In this document: positions 30,890 to 40,747 of the stretch, piece after piece
How the letters are laid out: the number at the start of each line of letters is the position of its first letter
Numbering within the stretch: the first letter of the stretch is position 1
NCBI GenBank assembly: GCA_011056835.1
Contig: DSDU01000096.1
Span: 1 to 45,187 of the forward strand
DNA: 45,187 nucleotides
From: Deltaproteobacteria bacterium
Lineage (GTDB): Bacteria; Desulfobacterota; Syntrophia; Syntrophales; UBA6807
Direction of reading: 5' to 3'
The notes under the pieces: model-generated
Databases searched by the model: none
What the model was told of the DNA's origin: nothing
Seen by the model: the letters and a program-made list of their open reading frames with translations, nothing else
Translations under genes and position numbers: made by a program

Positions 30890-33800
30890 CTACGGTTCGG
30901 TCTCTTCGATGAGTTCAACATCAATTGCAAGGCCTTGTAATTCTTTTACCAGCACGTTAAAGGATTCGGGCAAGCCCGGTTCCAACGTATGTTCCCCCTT
31001 TACAATTGCCTCGTATATTCTCGTTCTTCCGGCAACATCATCGGACTTGACTGTCAAAAATTCCTGTAACGAGTAAGCGGCGCCATACGCTTCGATAGCC
31101 CATACTTCCATTTCACCCAGTCTCTGGCCGCCGAACTGGGCCTTTCCGCCGAGCGGCTGCTGCGTAACAAGCGAATACGGGCCGATTGACCGGGCATGGA
31201 TCTTGTCATCGACAAGATGATGGAGCTTTAACATATAGATCATACCCACCGTTATCTCCTGATCGAATGGTTCGCCCGTTCTCCCGTCAAAAAGGGTCAC
31301 GCGACCGTTCGCAGGCAGATTGGCCTTATCGAGCATCACTTTAATCTCTGATTCCTTTGCTCCGTCAAAAACAGGGGAAGCCATGGGAATCCCTGCCGTC
31401 AATCGAGTAACAATATGCTGCAATTCTTCTTCAGTCACACCGTCGAGAGAATCGAGCAGCTGAGGAGACGTATAGATATCCTTGAGCTCCTGTTTCAGTC
31501 TTTCCGATTCTGCATGAGCATCCATAAGCCCCTGGAGCCTCTCCCCAAGTCCTTTTGCAGCCCAGCCGAGATGAGTCTCCAAGATTTGCCCCACATTCAT
31601 TCGCGAGGGAACTCCCAGGGGATTCAAAATTATATCGACGGGTGTCCCATCAGCAAAGAAGGGCATATCTTCCTCAGGTAAGATCCGGGATAGAACACCC
31701 TTGTTACCGTGTCGGCCCGCCATTTTATCACCGACGGAAAGCTTACGCTTGATCGCGATATAAACTTTAACCAGCTTTATAACACCAGGCGGCAACTCAT
31801 CTCCCACCCGCAACTTATCTATTTTTTCTGTAAAGAACTTTTTAATATACTCAATTTTTCTCGTTAGATTCGCAAAAATAGTCTGTACTTTTTCTTCAAC
31901 ATCTTCGTCGATCAGCGGAATTTCTTTCCAAGAGTCAATGGGGAGAACATTGAGTATATCTTCGGTTATAACATCTTCTTTTTTTAAGAGAATCTTCTTT
32001 TTCCGCGGATCAGATACCTTGCCAGCAACAGTCCTTCCGATGAGCAGATCGTAAACTTTTCCCTTCACATTCTCAGTAATAATTCTTATTTCGTCTTCCT
32101 GATCTTTGAGAAGCTTTTGTGCATCATCATCCTCTATCTGCTGGGATCGGATATCCTTTTCATTGCCGCGACGGTTAAAGATCTTGGCATCGATGACGAT
32201 TCCCTCAACCCCCGGAGGCACCCGCAACGATGTATCTCGTACATCGCCGGCCTTTTCACCAAAAATGGCCCGCAACAGTTTTTCTTCCGGGGATAGTTGT
32301 GTTTCCCCTTTCGGTGTAATTTTGCCAACCAGGATATCTCCGGATTTGACAAAAACTCCCATTCGAACGATACCGCTTTCATCGAGATTTCTGAGGGCTT
32401 CTTCTCCCACGTTCGGGATATCCCGTGTAATTTCTTCCTTACCAAGCTTCGTATCCCTCGCAACAGTTTCAAACTCTTCGATATGAATTGATGTATAGAC
32501 GTCTTCTTTGACGACCCGTTCACTGATCAGGATAGAGTCTTCGTAATTATAACCGCCCCATGACATAAAGGCGACCATAACGTTTCTGCCAAGCGCTAAT
32601 TCTCCGTTTTCGGTAGCAGGTCCGTCGGCAATAATGTCGCCTCGCTTAATGTAGTCACCCTTCGTAACAATGGGCTTGTGGTTGAAACATGTATCCTGAT
32701 TTGAACGCTGATATTTCGTCAGGTTGTAAATGTCTACACCGGTATCGAACTCATCACCGATATCCTCGTCGCATTTGATGACAATTCGGGACGCATCAAC
32801 GTCTTCGATAATGCCGGATCGCTTGGCAACGATGACGGCACCCGAATCACGGGCAACTACAGCTTCCATCCCGGTTCCGACAAAAGGAGCGGCAGGCTTC
32901 AATAATGGTACAGCCTGTCTCTGCATGTTTGATCCCATGAGCGCCCGGTTCGCATCATCATGCTCAAGGAAAGGAATCAAACCGGCGGCAACACTGACCA
33001 GTTGGCTCGGGGACACATCCATCAACGTCACCTCTTCTGTCGCCACGGTCACATAATCTCCGCCTTTTCGAGCGATGACCATATCGGTAGTAATTCGTCC
33101 GTCCCGACCAACCGGGGTGTTTGCCTGGGCAATAATATAATTCTCCTCCTCCGTTGCGGAAAGATATCGAATTTCGTCTACCAGCCTGCTGTTTTTAACG
33201 ACTCGATACGGTGTTTCAATAAACCCGAAATTATTTACCCGCGCATATGAGCTTAGTGACACGATTAGACCGATGTTTGGTCCTTCCGGCGTTTCTACGG
33301 GGCAAATGCGCCCGTAGTGAGTATTATGAACATCCCGAACCTCGAAACCCGCCCGCTCCCGGGTAAGGCCACCCGGTCCCAGCGCCGATAACCTCCGCTT
33401 ATGAGTAATCTCGGAGAGGGGATTCGTCTGATCCATAAACTGCGACAACTGACTGCTTCCGAAAAACTCATTTATGACAGCGGAAACAGGCTTGGCATTG
33501 ACAAGATCATGGGGCATCATTGTTTCCACATCAAGCAAGCTCATCTTCTCTTTGATGGCCCGCTCCATTCTGACCAAACCGATTCGGTACTGATTTTCAA
33601 TTAGTTCTCCGACCGACCGGATTCTCCTGTTTCCGAGGTGATCAATATCATCAAGAGAGTAATTGCTCTTACCGTTTTTAAGATTAATGAGATAATCAAC
33701 AGCATCAAGAATATCCTCTTTGCGGAGGACCGTCATTTCCGAAGGAACATCCAGCCGGAGCTTGTAATTGATCTTCACCCTTCCCACATCAGAAAGGTCA

Positions 33801-34984
33801 TATGTGTCGGAACCGAAAAAGAGACTATTGAAAAACTTGCGCGCTGTCTCAAGTGTAGGAGGGTTACTCGGCCTAAGTCGCCTGTAAATTTCGATTATCG
33901 CTTCATCTTCCGTTTCAAGCTTATCCAGCAGGAGTGTATTCCGTATGTAGGCATCTGTTCCGTCTTCCTCGATATGTACAAACTGGATCTTTTTTATCCC
34001 CTTCTTCATCATCAACTCAACACCATCCAGAGAGAGTTCATCGTTACATCTTAACAGAACTTCTTCAGTATCAGGATCGACGATGTTTTGGGCACACACC
34101 TTGCCGACGAGATCCTCTCGATTTATCTCGATACGATCAATCCCCCCGTCCACCATTTTTTTCACCGTGGCTCGGGAAAATTTCCTTCCCTTCTTTAAGA
34201 TGACCTCCCCCGTTTTCGGATCTGCAATATCATCGGACGCTCGTTCGCCCACAAGAGATTTATCAACTGACAGATAGAACTTTTCATTCTCTAGCATGAC
34301 CGTTTCGATGGAACCGAAGTGTTTGAGCAGATCCTCAGTCGTATATCCCATGGCCTTGAGAAGAATCGTCACGGGCATCTTTCGCCTTCTATCAATTCTG
34401 GCATAGAGAACATCCTTGGGATCGAACTCAATATCGAGCCATGATCCGCGAATCGGCATTATCCGCGCTGAATAAATCAGCTTTCCGCTCGCATGGGTTT
34501 TTCCTTTGTCATGATCGAAGAAGATACCCGGGGAACGGTGAAGCTGACTGACAATGACCCGTTCAGTTCCATTAATGATAAAGGTACCCTTATCGGTCAT
34601 CAAGGGTATTTCGCCAAAGTAAATTTCCTGTTCTTTGATATCGCGTATCGTTCTCTGACCGCTCGCGCGATCACTGTCAAAAACGACAAGCCGCACGACA
34701 ATCTTCAACGGAGCGGCATACGTCATGCCCTTCTGCAGACATTCCGGCTCATCATAACGACTCGCTCCGATGCTGTAACTAACGAATTCGAGTGAACATT
34801 TACCACCGAAATCTACAATCGGCATGACACTTTTGAATGCTCCTTGGAGTCCGAAATCACGTCGCGCCGAGTCGGCAACGCCACGTTGCAAGAACTTCTC
34901 ATAGGATTTTTTCTGAATATCGATGAGATTTGGTATCTCAACGATTTCTTTAATACGACCGAAATTTTTTCTATAGCTAACCAT
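30890..34984 (-). CDS. rpoB: RNA polymerase beta subunit
   Basis: [41 protein letters not shown] and GGQRLGEME. Confidence 0.99.
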   Translation of the reverse strand: MVSYRKNFGRIKEIVEIPNLIDIQKKSYEKFLQRGVADSARRDFGLQGAFKSVMPIVDFGGKCSLEFVSYSIGASRYDEPECLQKGMTYAAPLKIVVRLVVFDSDRASGQRTIRDIKEQEIYFGEIPLMTDKGTFIINGTERVIVSQLHRSPGIFFDHDKGKTHASGKLIYSARIMPIRGSWLDIEFDPKDVLYARIDRRRKMPVTILLKAMGYTTEDLLKHFGSIETVMLENEKFYLSVDKSLVGERASDDIADPKTGEVILKKGRKFSRATVKKMVDGGIDRIEINREDLVGKVCAQNIVDPDTEEVLLRCNDELSLDGVELMMKKGIKKIQFVHIEEDGTDAYIRNTLLLDKLETEDEAIIEIYRRLRPSNPPTLETARKFFNSLFFGSDTYDLSDVGRVKINYKLRLDVPSEMTVLRKEDILDAVDYLINLKNGKSNYSLDDIDHLGNRRIRSVGELIENQYRIGLVRMERAIKEKMSLLDVETMMPHDLVNAKPVSAVINEFFGSSQLSQFMDQTNPLSEITHKRRLSALGPGGLTRERAGFEVRDVHNTHYGRICPVETPEGPNIGLIVSLSSYARVNNFGFIETPYRVVKNSRLVDEIRYLSATEEENYIIAQANTPVGRDGRITTDMVIARKGGDYVTVATEEVTLMDVSPSQLVSVAAGLIPFLEHDDANRALMGSNMQRQAVPLLKPAAPFVGTGMEAVVARDSGAVIVAKRSGIIEDVDASRIVIKCDEDIGDEFDTGVDIYNLTKYQRSNQDTCFNHKPIVTKGDYIKRGDIIADGPATENGELALGRNVMVAFMSWGGYNYEDSILISERVVKEDVYTSIHIEEFETVARDTKLGKEEITRDIPNVGEEALRNLDESGIVRMGVFVKSGDILVGKITPKGETQLSPEEKLLRAIFGEKAGDVRDTSLRVPPGVEGIVIDAKIFNRRGNEKDIRSQQIEDDDAQKLLKDQEDEIRIITENVKGKVYDLLIGRTVAGKVSDPRKKKILLKKEDVITEDILNVLPIDSWKEIPLIDEDVEEKVQTIFANLTRKIEYIKKFFTEKIDKLRVGDELPPGVIKLVKVYIAIKRKLSVGDKMAGRHGNKGVLSRILPEEDMPFFADGTPVDIILNPLGVPSRMNVGQILETHLGWAAKGLGERLQGLMDAHAESERLKQELKDIYTSPQLLDSLDGVTEEELQHIVTRLTAGIPMASPVFDGAKESEIKVMLDKANLPANGRVTLFDGRTGEPFDQEITVGMIYMLKLHHLVDDKIHARSIGPYSLVTQQPLGGKAQFGGQRLGEMEVWAIEAYGAAYSLQEFLTVKSDDVAGRTRIYEAIVKGEHTLEPGLPESFNVLVKELQGLAIDVELIEETEP

Positions 34985-35004
34985 AAGGCCCCTTAAAAGT
35001 TATA

Positions 35005-35030
35005 CCCCCCACAATAAAGCTTGTGAGGGG
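35005..35030 (-). terminator. Hairpin between rplL and rpoB (possible attenuator)
   Basis: Minus strand CCCCTCACAA-GCTTTA-TTGTGGGGGG. The U-tail is weak. Confidence 0.45.
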
Positions 35031-35043
35031 CGTAACAATATTT

Positions 35044-35436
35044 TTACTTTACTTCAACGGTTGCTCCCACTTCTTCCAATTTTGCTTTTATGGTTGCAAC
35101 CTCGTCCTTTGAAACCGCTTCCTTTACAGCCTTGGGAACACCTTCAACAAGTTCTTTTGCCTCTTTCAAGCCGAGACCGGTCAAGGCTCTCACGACCTTG
35201 ATCACCTGAATTTTCTGCTCGCCAAATCCTGTGAGAACAACATCAAATTCCGTCTTCTCTTCAGCCGGTGCCGGCGCCGCACCACCCACTCCGCCGACGG
35301 CCGCCACAGCGACGGGGGCTGCTGCCGATACGCCCAGTCGCTCTTCAAGTTCCTTCACCAGTTCCGACAATTCAAGAACCGTCATTCCTTCGATAAATGC
35401 AATTACATCTTCTTTTGTGATTTTTGCATCTGCCAT
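35044..35436 (-). CDS. rplL: 50S ribosomal protein L7/L12
   Basis: [19 protein letters not shown] and [12 protein letters not shown]. Confidence 0.98.
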   Translation of the reverse strand: MADAKITKEDVIAFIEGMTVLELSELVKELEERLGVSAAAPVAVAAVGGVGGAAPAPAEEKTEFDVVLTGFGEQKIQVIKVVRALTGLGLKEAKELVEGVPKAVKEAVSKDEVATIKAKLEEVGATVEVK

Positions 35437-35460
35437 GTTCGTTATTCCTTCCTGTTTAGT

Positions 35461-35982
35461 TTAATTATTTTCTTTCTTCGCTCGGTAAGCCTCAAGAACC
35501 TGCACGAATTGCCGCGGAACACCGCTTAACACGTTGACCAAAGACGTCTGTGCACCAACCATAACCGATAGGAGTTGTGCCAGGAGGGTCTCTCTGTTCG
35601 GCAGTTCGGAAAGAGCCATGATCTGATCTATCGTCAAGGCCTTGCCATCCATTACGCCGGCCTTGATTTCAAGTTGTGCGTTCTTTTTGGCAAAATCAAT
35701 GAGGGCTTTCGTCGGCGCCACAACATCGCCGAAGTTCATAACCACTGCCAGAGGTCCGGCGAGATGATTGTCGAGCACACTGAATCCCGTGTCTTGGGCG
35801 GCAATCCTGAACAGCGTGTTTTTTATCACACTTAGCTCTGCATCCGATTTTCTCAGCTCATTCCGTAACTCAGTAATCTTCGCAACGTTCAGCCCGCTGT
35901 AATCGGCAAGAATCGCCAGTTTGACGTTCTTTAGTCTTTCTTGAAGCTCGGCAACAACCTGTTCCTTTTTGCTTCGATTCAA
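35461..35982 (-). CDS. rplJ: 50S ribosomal protein L10
   Basis: DYSGL..ELR..LR, KNTL and LPNRETL. TTG start after AAGGAGG. Confidence 0.96.
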   Translation of the reverse strand: MNRSKKEQVVAELQERLKNVKLAILADYSGLNVAKITELRNELRKSDAELSVIKNTLFRIAAQDTGFSVLDNHLAGPLAVVMNFGDVVAPTKALIDFAKKNAQLEIKAGVMDGKALTIDQIMALSELPNRETLLAQLLSVMVGAQTSLVNVLSGVPRQFVQVLEAYRAKKENN

Positions 35983-36014
35983 ATTATTGGCCTCCTTTCA
36001 CTATAAATTCAAGA

Positions 36015-36120
36015 AGTTGAAAGTCAGACCGCTATACAGGAAGATAAATAACCAACACCTTCGTCTCGGCAGGCCGATTATGATCGATTAAACTTCCTGT
36101 ACCTGCTGTCTTGAACTTCC
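36015..36120 (-). promoter_or_regulatory. L10 leader (r-protein autoregulatory RNA)
   Basis: AAGACAGCAGGT...TTAA...CCTGCCGAG upstream of rplJ matches the L10-leader core. Boundaries are approximate. Confidence 0.75.
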
Positions 36121-36137
36121 GATGTTCTCTTTACTTG

Positions 36138-36842
36138 CTATCGTAAAATATTCCTTACATCCAGAGGATCTACCTTGACCCCGGGTCCCATGGTCGACGA
36201 CAGAGAGATGGATCGTAAATACGTTCCCTTACTGGATGCAGGTTTCAGCTTGACAATGGTTTCTATCAATGCAAGAAAATTCTCCATCAACTTATCCGCT
36301 CCGAAAGAAACCTTTCCCACCGGACTATGGACGATGCCTGCCCGCTCTACCCGAAATTCAACTCGGCCGGCTTTCATTTCCTTGACGGCATCTGCCACAT
36401 TAAAGGTTACAGTACCAACCTTGGGATTCGGCATCAACCCACGGGGCCCCAAAATCTTACCAAGCTTTCCAACATTTCCCATCATGTCAGGCGTCGCAAT
36501 AGCCCTATCAAAATCCAGCCACCCGCCTTTTATTTTTTCAATCAGGTCATCCGACCCCGCATAATCGGCTCCGGCATCCAGAGCCTCCTTTTCTTTATCA
36601 CCTTTTGAAAAAACCAGTACTTTTACCGACTTACCTAATCCATTCGGCAAAACAACGCTTCCTCGGACCATCTGGTCTGCGTGACGAGGGTTCACCCCCA
36701 AGCGAATAGCGGCATCAACATTTTCATCAAACTTTGCCCGTGCCGCTGATACAACAAGGTCGATGGCATCCTTGATCGCATAGCGCGTCATTGAGTCGAC
36801 CTTTTTCTTTGCTTCGATAATTCCCTTTCCCCTCTTCGACAT
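36138..36842 (-). CDS. rplA: 50S ribosomal protein L1
   Basis: [21 protein letters not shown] and SSTMGPG. Confidence 0.98.
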   Translation of the reverse strand: MSKRGKGIIEAKKKVDSMTRYAIKDAIDLVVSAARAKFDENVDAAIRLGVNPRHADQMVRGSVVLPNGLGKSVKVLVFSKGDKEKEALDAGADYAGSDDLIEKIKGGWLDFDRAIATPDMMGNVGKLGKILGPRGLMPNPKVGTVTFNVADAVKEMKAGRVEFRVERAGIVHSPVGKVSFGADKLMENFLALIETIVKLKPASSKGTYLRSISLSSTMGPGVKVDPLDVRNILR

Positions 36843-36864
36843 TCTATCAATCTCCGGTATAAGT

Positions 36865-37290
36865 TTATTTGATGATTTCTATTCCCATCGATCGCGCGGT
36901 TCCCTCAACGGTCTTTATCGCTCCATCTATATCAATAGCGTTGAGGTCTTTGTATTTCAATTCGGCAATCTCTTTAACTTGCGCGGCAGATACCGTCCCA
37001 ACGACATCACGTTTCGGATCTTGCGCACCCTTAGCAACCTTGGCCGCCTGCTTGAGAAGGACAGATGTCGGCGGAGTTCTGGTAACAAAAGTAAATGACC
37101 GGTCAGCATAAACCGTAATTAAAACAGGTATTATCATACCTTCTTGGTTCTGGGTTTGTGCATTGTATGCCTTGCAAAATTCCATGATATTAACTCCGTG
37201 TTGACCCAATGCCGGACCAATCGGTGGCGATGGCGTTGCCTTGCCTGCCTGAATTTGAAGCTTTATGTTCGCTATAACTTTCTTCGCCAT
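36865..37290 (-). CDS. rplK: 50S ribosomal protein L11
   Basis: [22 protein letters not shown] and GTARSMG. Start is MAKK at 37290. Confidence 0.98.
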   Translation of the reverse strand: MAKKVIANIKLQIQAGKATPSPPIGPALGQHGVNIMEFCKAYNAQTQNQEGMIIPVLITVYADRSFTFVTRTPPTSVLLKQAAKVAKGAQDPKRDVVGTVSAAQVKEIAELKYKDLNAIDIDGAIKTVEGTARSMGIEIIK

Positions 37291-37359
37291 TCCAATCACC
37301 CTTATTTTTTATTATACAGAGACATTTCAGTCCGTTTCTCAGCTTTTCACCGCACCCAT

Positions 37360-37890
37360 TCAGCTCTGCACAACCTGAATGAAATCAAGCTCAACTGGGG
37401 TTGACCGGCCAAAGATACTTACAATGACTCTCAACTTACCCTTCTCGGGCTTCACCTCATCGATTACACCATCAAAATTCGTAAAGGGTCCATCGATTAT
37501 TTTCACATGATCGCCTTCTTCGAATTTATATTTCGGTTTTGGTTTCAAGGTTCCTTCATCTATGCGAGTCTTCAGCGACTGTACGTCTTCATCCGATATC
37601 GGCGACGGCTTATCTTTACTGCCGATAAAACCCGTCACTTTCGGCGTATTTTTCACGATGTGCCATGTATCGTCATTCAGTTCCATTCTGACAAGCACAT
37701 AACCTGGGAAAAACTTTCTTTTTGACGTTTTTTTCTCTCCCTTAATAAGCTCCACGACATCCTCTTCAGGTATGAGAATGTCATCAAAATACGCCTCCAT
37801 GCCGGCAGCGGCGATCGCATCCAACAAGGAAAGCTTCACTCTGTTTTCAAACCCCGAATAGGTATGAATGACATACCATCTAAAAGCCAT
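37360..37890 (-). CDS. nusG: Transcription factor NusG
   Basis: WYVIHTYSGFE, FPGYVLV, KOW GPF and IFGRSTPVEL. Confidence 0.98.
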   Translation of the reverse strand: MAFRWYVIHTYSGFENRVKLSLLDAIAAAGMEAYFDDILIPEEDVVELIKGEKKTSKRKFFPGYVLVRMELNDDTWHIVKNTPKVTGFIGSKDKPSPISDEDVQSLKTRIDEGTLKPKPKYKFEEGDHVKIIDGPFTNFDGVIDEVKPEKGKLRVIVSIFGRSTPVELDFIQVVQS

Positions 37891-37896
37891 CTTGCC

Positions 37897-38100
37897 CTAC
37901 CCCAGCACTAACCGCACAAGCTTCGTGAGACCAAAATCTACAACCCCGAGAAACATAGAAACAATAATGACGACGACGATGACCACCGATGTGGAAGCCA
38001 GCGCTTCCTTTGGTGTCGGCCATGTGACCTTTCGAAGTTCAGCGCGGGACTCTCTTAAAAATTGCATCGACCTAGCTACTATTGTCTTCACCTTTTCCAT
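37897..38100 (-). CDS. secE: Preprotein translocase SecE
   Basis: ELRKVTWP followed by one transmembrane helix. Start at 38100; the ORF track runs into tRNA-Trp. Confidence 0.95.
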   Translation of the reverse strand: MEKVKTIVARSMQFLRESRAELRKVTWPTPKEALASTSVVIVVVIIVSMFLGVVDFGLTKLVRLVLG

Positions 38101-38136
38101 ATACCCTATCCAATTACGTCGACGGGGGAAATAAAA

Positions 38137-38213
38137 TGGCAGGCCAGGAGGGACTCGAACCCCCAGCATCCGGATTTGGAGTCCGGCGCTCTATCCATTA
38201 GAGCTACTGGCCT
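38137..38213 (-). tRNA. tRNA-Trp(CCA)
   Basis: Cloverleaf; anticodon arm CCGGA-CT-CCA-AA-TCCGG; GTTCGAG T-loop; encoded CCA. Confidence 0.97.
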
Positions 38214-38243
38214 GTACTACCAAGTTTATGACCTTAATAAAGT

Positions 38244-38393
38244 CTATTTCGTCTCTTTATGAAGCGTGTGGGCCCGACAGAACCGGCAGTATTTTTTCAA
38301 CTCAAGTCGGCCCTGCATGGTCCTTTTATTTTTTGTCGTCGTGTAGTTTCTCTGCTTACACTCGCCACACTCTAAAGTTATTATGTTCCTCAT
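38244..38393 (-). CDS. rpmG: 50S ribosomal protein L33, zinc-binding (not in ORF track)
   Basis: Hand translation: [49 protein letters not shown]. Confidence 0.97.
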   Translation of the reverse strand: MRNIITLECGECKQRNYTTTKNKRTMQGRLELKKYCRFCRAHTLHKETK

Positions 38394-38418
38394 TATTATA
38401 AGCCCACTCTCGTTGAAA

Positions 38419-38494
38419 TGGAGCCCACGACCAGGATTGAACTGGTGACCTCATCCTTACCAAGGATGTGCTCTACCGACTGAGCTACGTGGGC
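38419..38494 (-). tRNA. tRNA-Thr(GGT)
   Basis: Anticodon arm CATCC-TT-GGT-AA-GGATG; 76 nt; encoded CCA. Confidence 0.97.
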
Positions 38495-38571
38495 GTATCT
38501 TTACCTGAAAAACCATTCATTACACTCGCACAGATCCGGCATCCGCATCCGCACTGGCGTTCTAAAAATAA

Positions 38572-38647
38572 TGGAGCGGGAAACGGGATTCGAACCCGCG
38601 ACCCTCGGCTTGGAAGGCCGATGCTCTAGCCACTGAGCTACTCCCGC
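38572..38647 (-). tRNA. tRNA-Gly(TCC)
   Basis: Anticodon arm TCGGC-CT-TCC-AA-GCCGA; 76 nt; encoded CCA. Confidence 0.97.
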
Positions 38648-38665
38648 CTTTTATCTGAAACAAAA

Positions 38666-38750
38666 TGGTGGAGGGGGGAGGATTCGAACCTCCGTAGGCT
38701 CCGCCGGCAGATTTACAGTCTGCTCCCTTTGGCCGCTCGGGAACCCCTCC
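38666..38750 (-). tRNA. tRNA-Tyr(GTA)
   Basis: Anticodon arm GCAGA-CT-GTA-AA-TCTGC; long variable arm; 85 nt; encoded CCA. Confidence 0.97.
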
Positions 38751-38769
38751 ACAAGCTTTTATCGCTACA

Positions 38770-38845
38770 TGGAGCTGGCGATGGGACTCGAACCCGCAAC
38801 CTGCTGATTACAAATCAGCTGCTCTACCTGTTGAGCTACGCCAGC
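38770..38845 (-). tRNA. tRNA-Thr(TGT)
   Basis: Anticodon arm GCTGA-TT-TGT-AA-TCAGC; 76 nt; encoded CCA. Confidence 0.97.
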
Positions 38846-38904
38846 GTTTGTAATGGCACCTTCCAGTTGTTAAAAAACAGCTATCCCTCAAAAGCTAATT
38901 TGAC

Positions 38905-38934
38905 ACCTTAATCGTAAAATTAACTTTTTGTCAA
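38905..38934 (-). promoter_or_regulatory. Promoter of the tRNA-rpmG-secE-nusG unit
   Basis: TTGACA-18 nt-TAAGGT upstream of tRNA-Thr(TGT). Confidence 0.55.
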
Positions 38935-38966
38935 GAATATTTTTACCGTCTCTCCCACAAAAACAA

Positions 38967-40472
38967 CTATTGATGTTCTGCGAATATATCGGCTGAGAAA
39001 ACATAAATCTCTGTTTCTCCATCCTTCCATGCATTGGCCGGCAGACCAGCCTTGTGACATGTTTCTTCCAGGAACGTGACCTTATCCCAGTTATATTGGG
39101 TTGCCACCTGGGGAAGCAGAACACCCCGGTACATCCCCCTCATAACATAAATACCGTGCTTGCCTACCTCGATCTCATCGATGCTTTTAATCTTGCGCAA
39201 TGGCGACAAGACCGATATCTCAATTTTCATCTCCTTCAACTCATTCGCCGACACCGGTGGAAAACGCGGGTCATGAAAAGCCGCTGACCGCGCCATTTCC
39301 TCAACGGTTTTGTAAAGCGATCCCCTTGCTTCAAATGATCCGATGCATCCTCGCAATTCTTCGTTCTTTTTCAACGTCACGAAAGCGCCCCGATTTTCAT
39401 GAAGACTTCTCAAATCTCTTGAAAATTCGGGCAATGCCTGATCCCTCAGCTGTAACTCGATACTTTTACGTGCGATAGCAAGAAGTTGTCTTTTTTCGTC
39501 ATCACTTAATCCTGATACCACACCCGCGTCCCCCCCCGCAGGCGATCGACCTGCGGCATGCTTCTTATAAAAGACGGCGGCGGCGTAACCGACAACCCCT
39601 TGCCGATCTCCCGTCACATCACCTGAGTTTGCATATTTCAAAATTTTTGCACTGTCAGCCCCCCGCTTTTGAGCAATCATAATCGCGGCAGCCACAGGTC
39701 CGCCGCCACAGGCTTCACACGAACCACTGTCGAGGTCCGCCAACAATCCCTGCCAATCCATCTTTTCAATATGCTTCAAAGCAATGGCATCCATGGCAGT
39801 CGCACGGTCATACCCATGGAAATGAGAGAGATCGGAACTTGCCACGATCAATACATTCTTATTTTTTGTTACGGCGGCTACTGCCGCGGACAGCGCCTCG
39901 CAGGTCCTTCGGTCCTGCGAGCCCATAACAACGGGAACAAAGGGAAAGTCTCCCAGCACGACCTGCAAAAAGGGGAGCTGAATTTCAACAGAATGCTCCT
40001 GGACATGAGCGGCCGGATTTATAGAAACAACATCACTCTGGGCGATGATTGCATCAGCCAATAACTTATCCACCTTCACGATTCCCAGCGGAGTTTCATA
40101 TCCCCCATCATTATATATAGATGCCCCCTGAAAGTATGCCCGATGACTCGGGCCGATGATGATCACCGAATCAAAGACTTTCCCGGCAATCTGCTTGTAT
40201 GAATGAGCGGCCACCTGACCGGAATAGGCATAGCCTGCGTGGGGAGAGACAAGAGCAACAATGATTCCGTCAACGGCGTCCGCCGGTGTGTTTGCCAGAT
40301 ACTCTTCCACCTGGTTCTTCAAAACGGTCGGATTTCCCGGGTACCATGACCCCGCAATGACCGATTTTCGAATACCACTTTTCACTTCGCTACCCCCTCC
40401 CTCATGAGAAAACAAAAAAACAAGGAAGATAACTGCGATTGCTCCCAGGATCTGTCGCATGGAATCATTCAT
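38967..40472 (-). CDS. AmmeMemoRadiSam protein B (MEMO1) fused to protein A (AMMECR1), with a hydrophobic N-terminus
   Basis: MEMO motifs AGSWYP, PHAGYAYSG, GPSH, EHSVEIQLPFLQ, SSDLSH and ACG. AMMECR1 motifs GAFVTL, LRGCIG, DPRF, EISVLS and LLPQV. Confidence 0.92.
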   Translation of the reverse strand: MNDSMRQILGAIAVIFLVFLFSHEGGGSEVKSGIRKSVIAGSWYPGNPTVLKNQVEEYLANTPADAVDGIIVALVSPHAGYAYSGQVAAHSYKQIAGKVFDSVIIIGPSHRAYFQGASIYNDGGYETPLGIVKVDKLLADAIIAQSDVVSINPAAHVQEHSVEIQLPFLQVVLGDFPFVPVVMGSQDRRTCEALSAAVAAVTKNKNVLIVASSDLSHFHGYDRATAMDAIALKHIEKMDWQGLLADLDSGSCEACGGGPVAAAIMIAQKRGADSAKILKYANSGDVTGDRQGVVGYAAAVFYKKHAAGRSPAGGDAGVVSGLSDDEKRQLLAIARKSIELQLRDQALPEFSRDLRSLHENRGAFVTLKKNEELRGCIGSFEARGSLYKTVEEMARSAAFHDPRFPPVSANELKEMKIEISVLSPLRKIKSIDEIEVGKHGIYVMRGMYRGVLLPQVATQYNWDKVTFLEETCHKAGLPANAWKDGETEIYVFSADIFAEHQ

Positions 40473-40508
40473 TTTGACTGCACTTTACAGGTGAGATATA
40501 ACCTATAA

Positions 40509-40537
40509 TTAATATAAACTCATTAATTCCTTGTCAA
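40509..40537 (-). promoter_or_regulatory. Candidate promoter of the AmrB-AmrA fusion
   Basis: TTGACA at 40537-40532 followed by an AT-rich -10 region (TATTAA at 17 nt spacing). Confidence 0.4.
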
Positions 40538-40611
40538 GAAGTGATTTCATATTTTTTATACATACTGGGAGATTACTATAACTCATCTACGAAAAAACAT
40601 CAAAAAACATA

Positions 40612-40640
40612 TTGACTTGCTGCATTCTGGCCGTTAATAT
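40612..40640 (+). promoter_or_regulatory. Promoter of gap-tpiA-secG
   Basis: TTGACT-17 nt-TAATAT. Confidence 0.55.
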
Positions 40641-40747
40641 CCATGCGTCCCGGCATGAAGTTAGATCTTGAATATCGTCATCTCTCTGTCCGGGCAACCA
40701 TAATTCGTTATAATCATGTTATAATAAAACGATACTGGAGGTCTGCC

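Noticed and set aside
26254-33480. Possible streptomycin or rifampicin resistance alleles in rpsL and rpoB
   Set aside because: The RpsL PKKPNS and RVKDLP motifs and the RpoB cluster I residues are wild-type.
26679-34984. Inteins or an rpoB-rpoC fusion
   Set aside because: Both proteins are normal length, show no intein motifs, and are separate ORFs 80 nt apart.
38534-38553. Short tandem ATCCG(G)C repeats between tRNA-Gly and tRNA-Thr
   Set aside because: Only three imperfect units with no spacers; not CRISPR-like and of no evident function.
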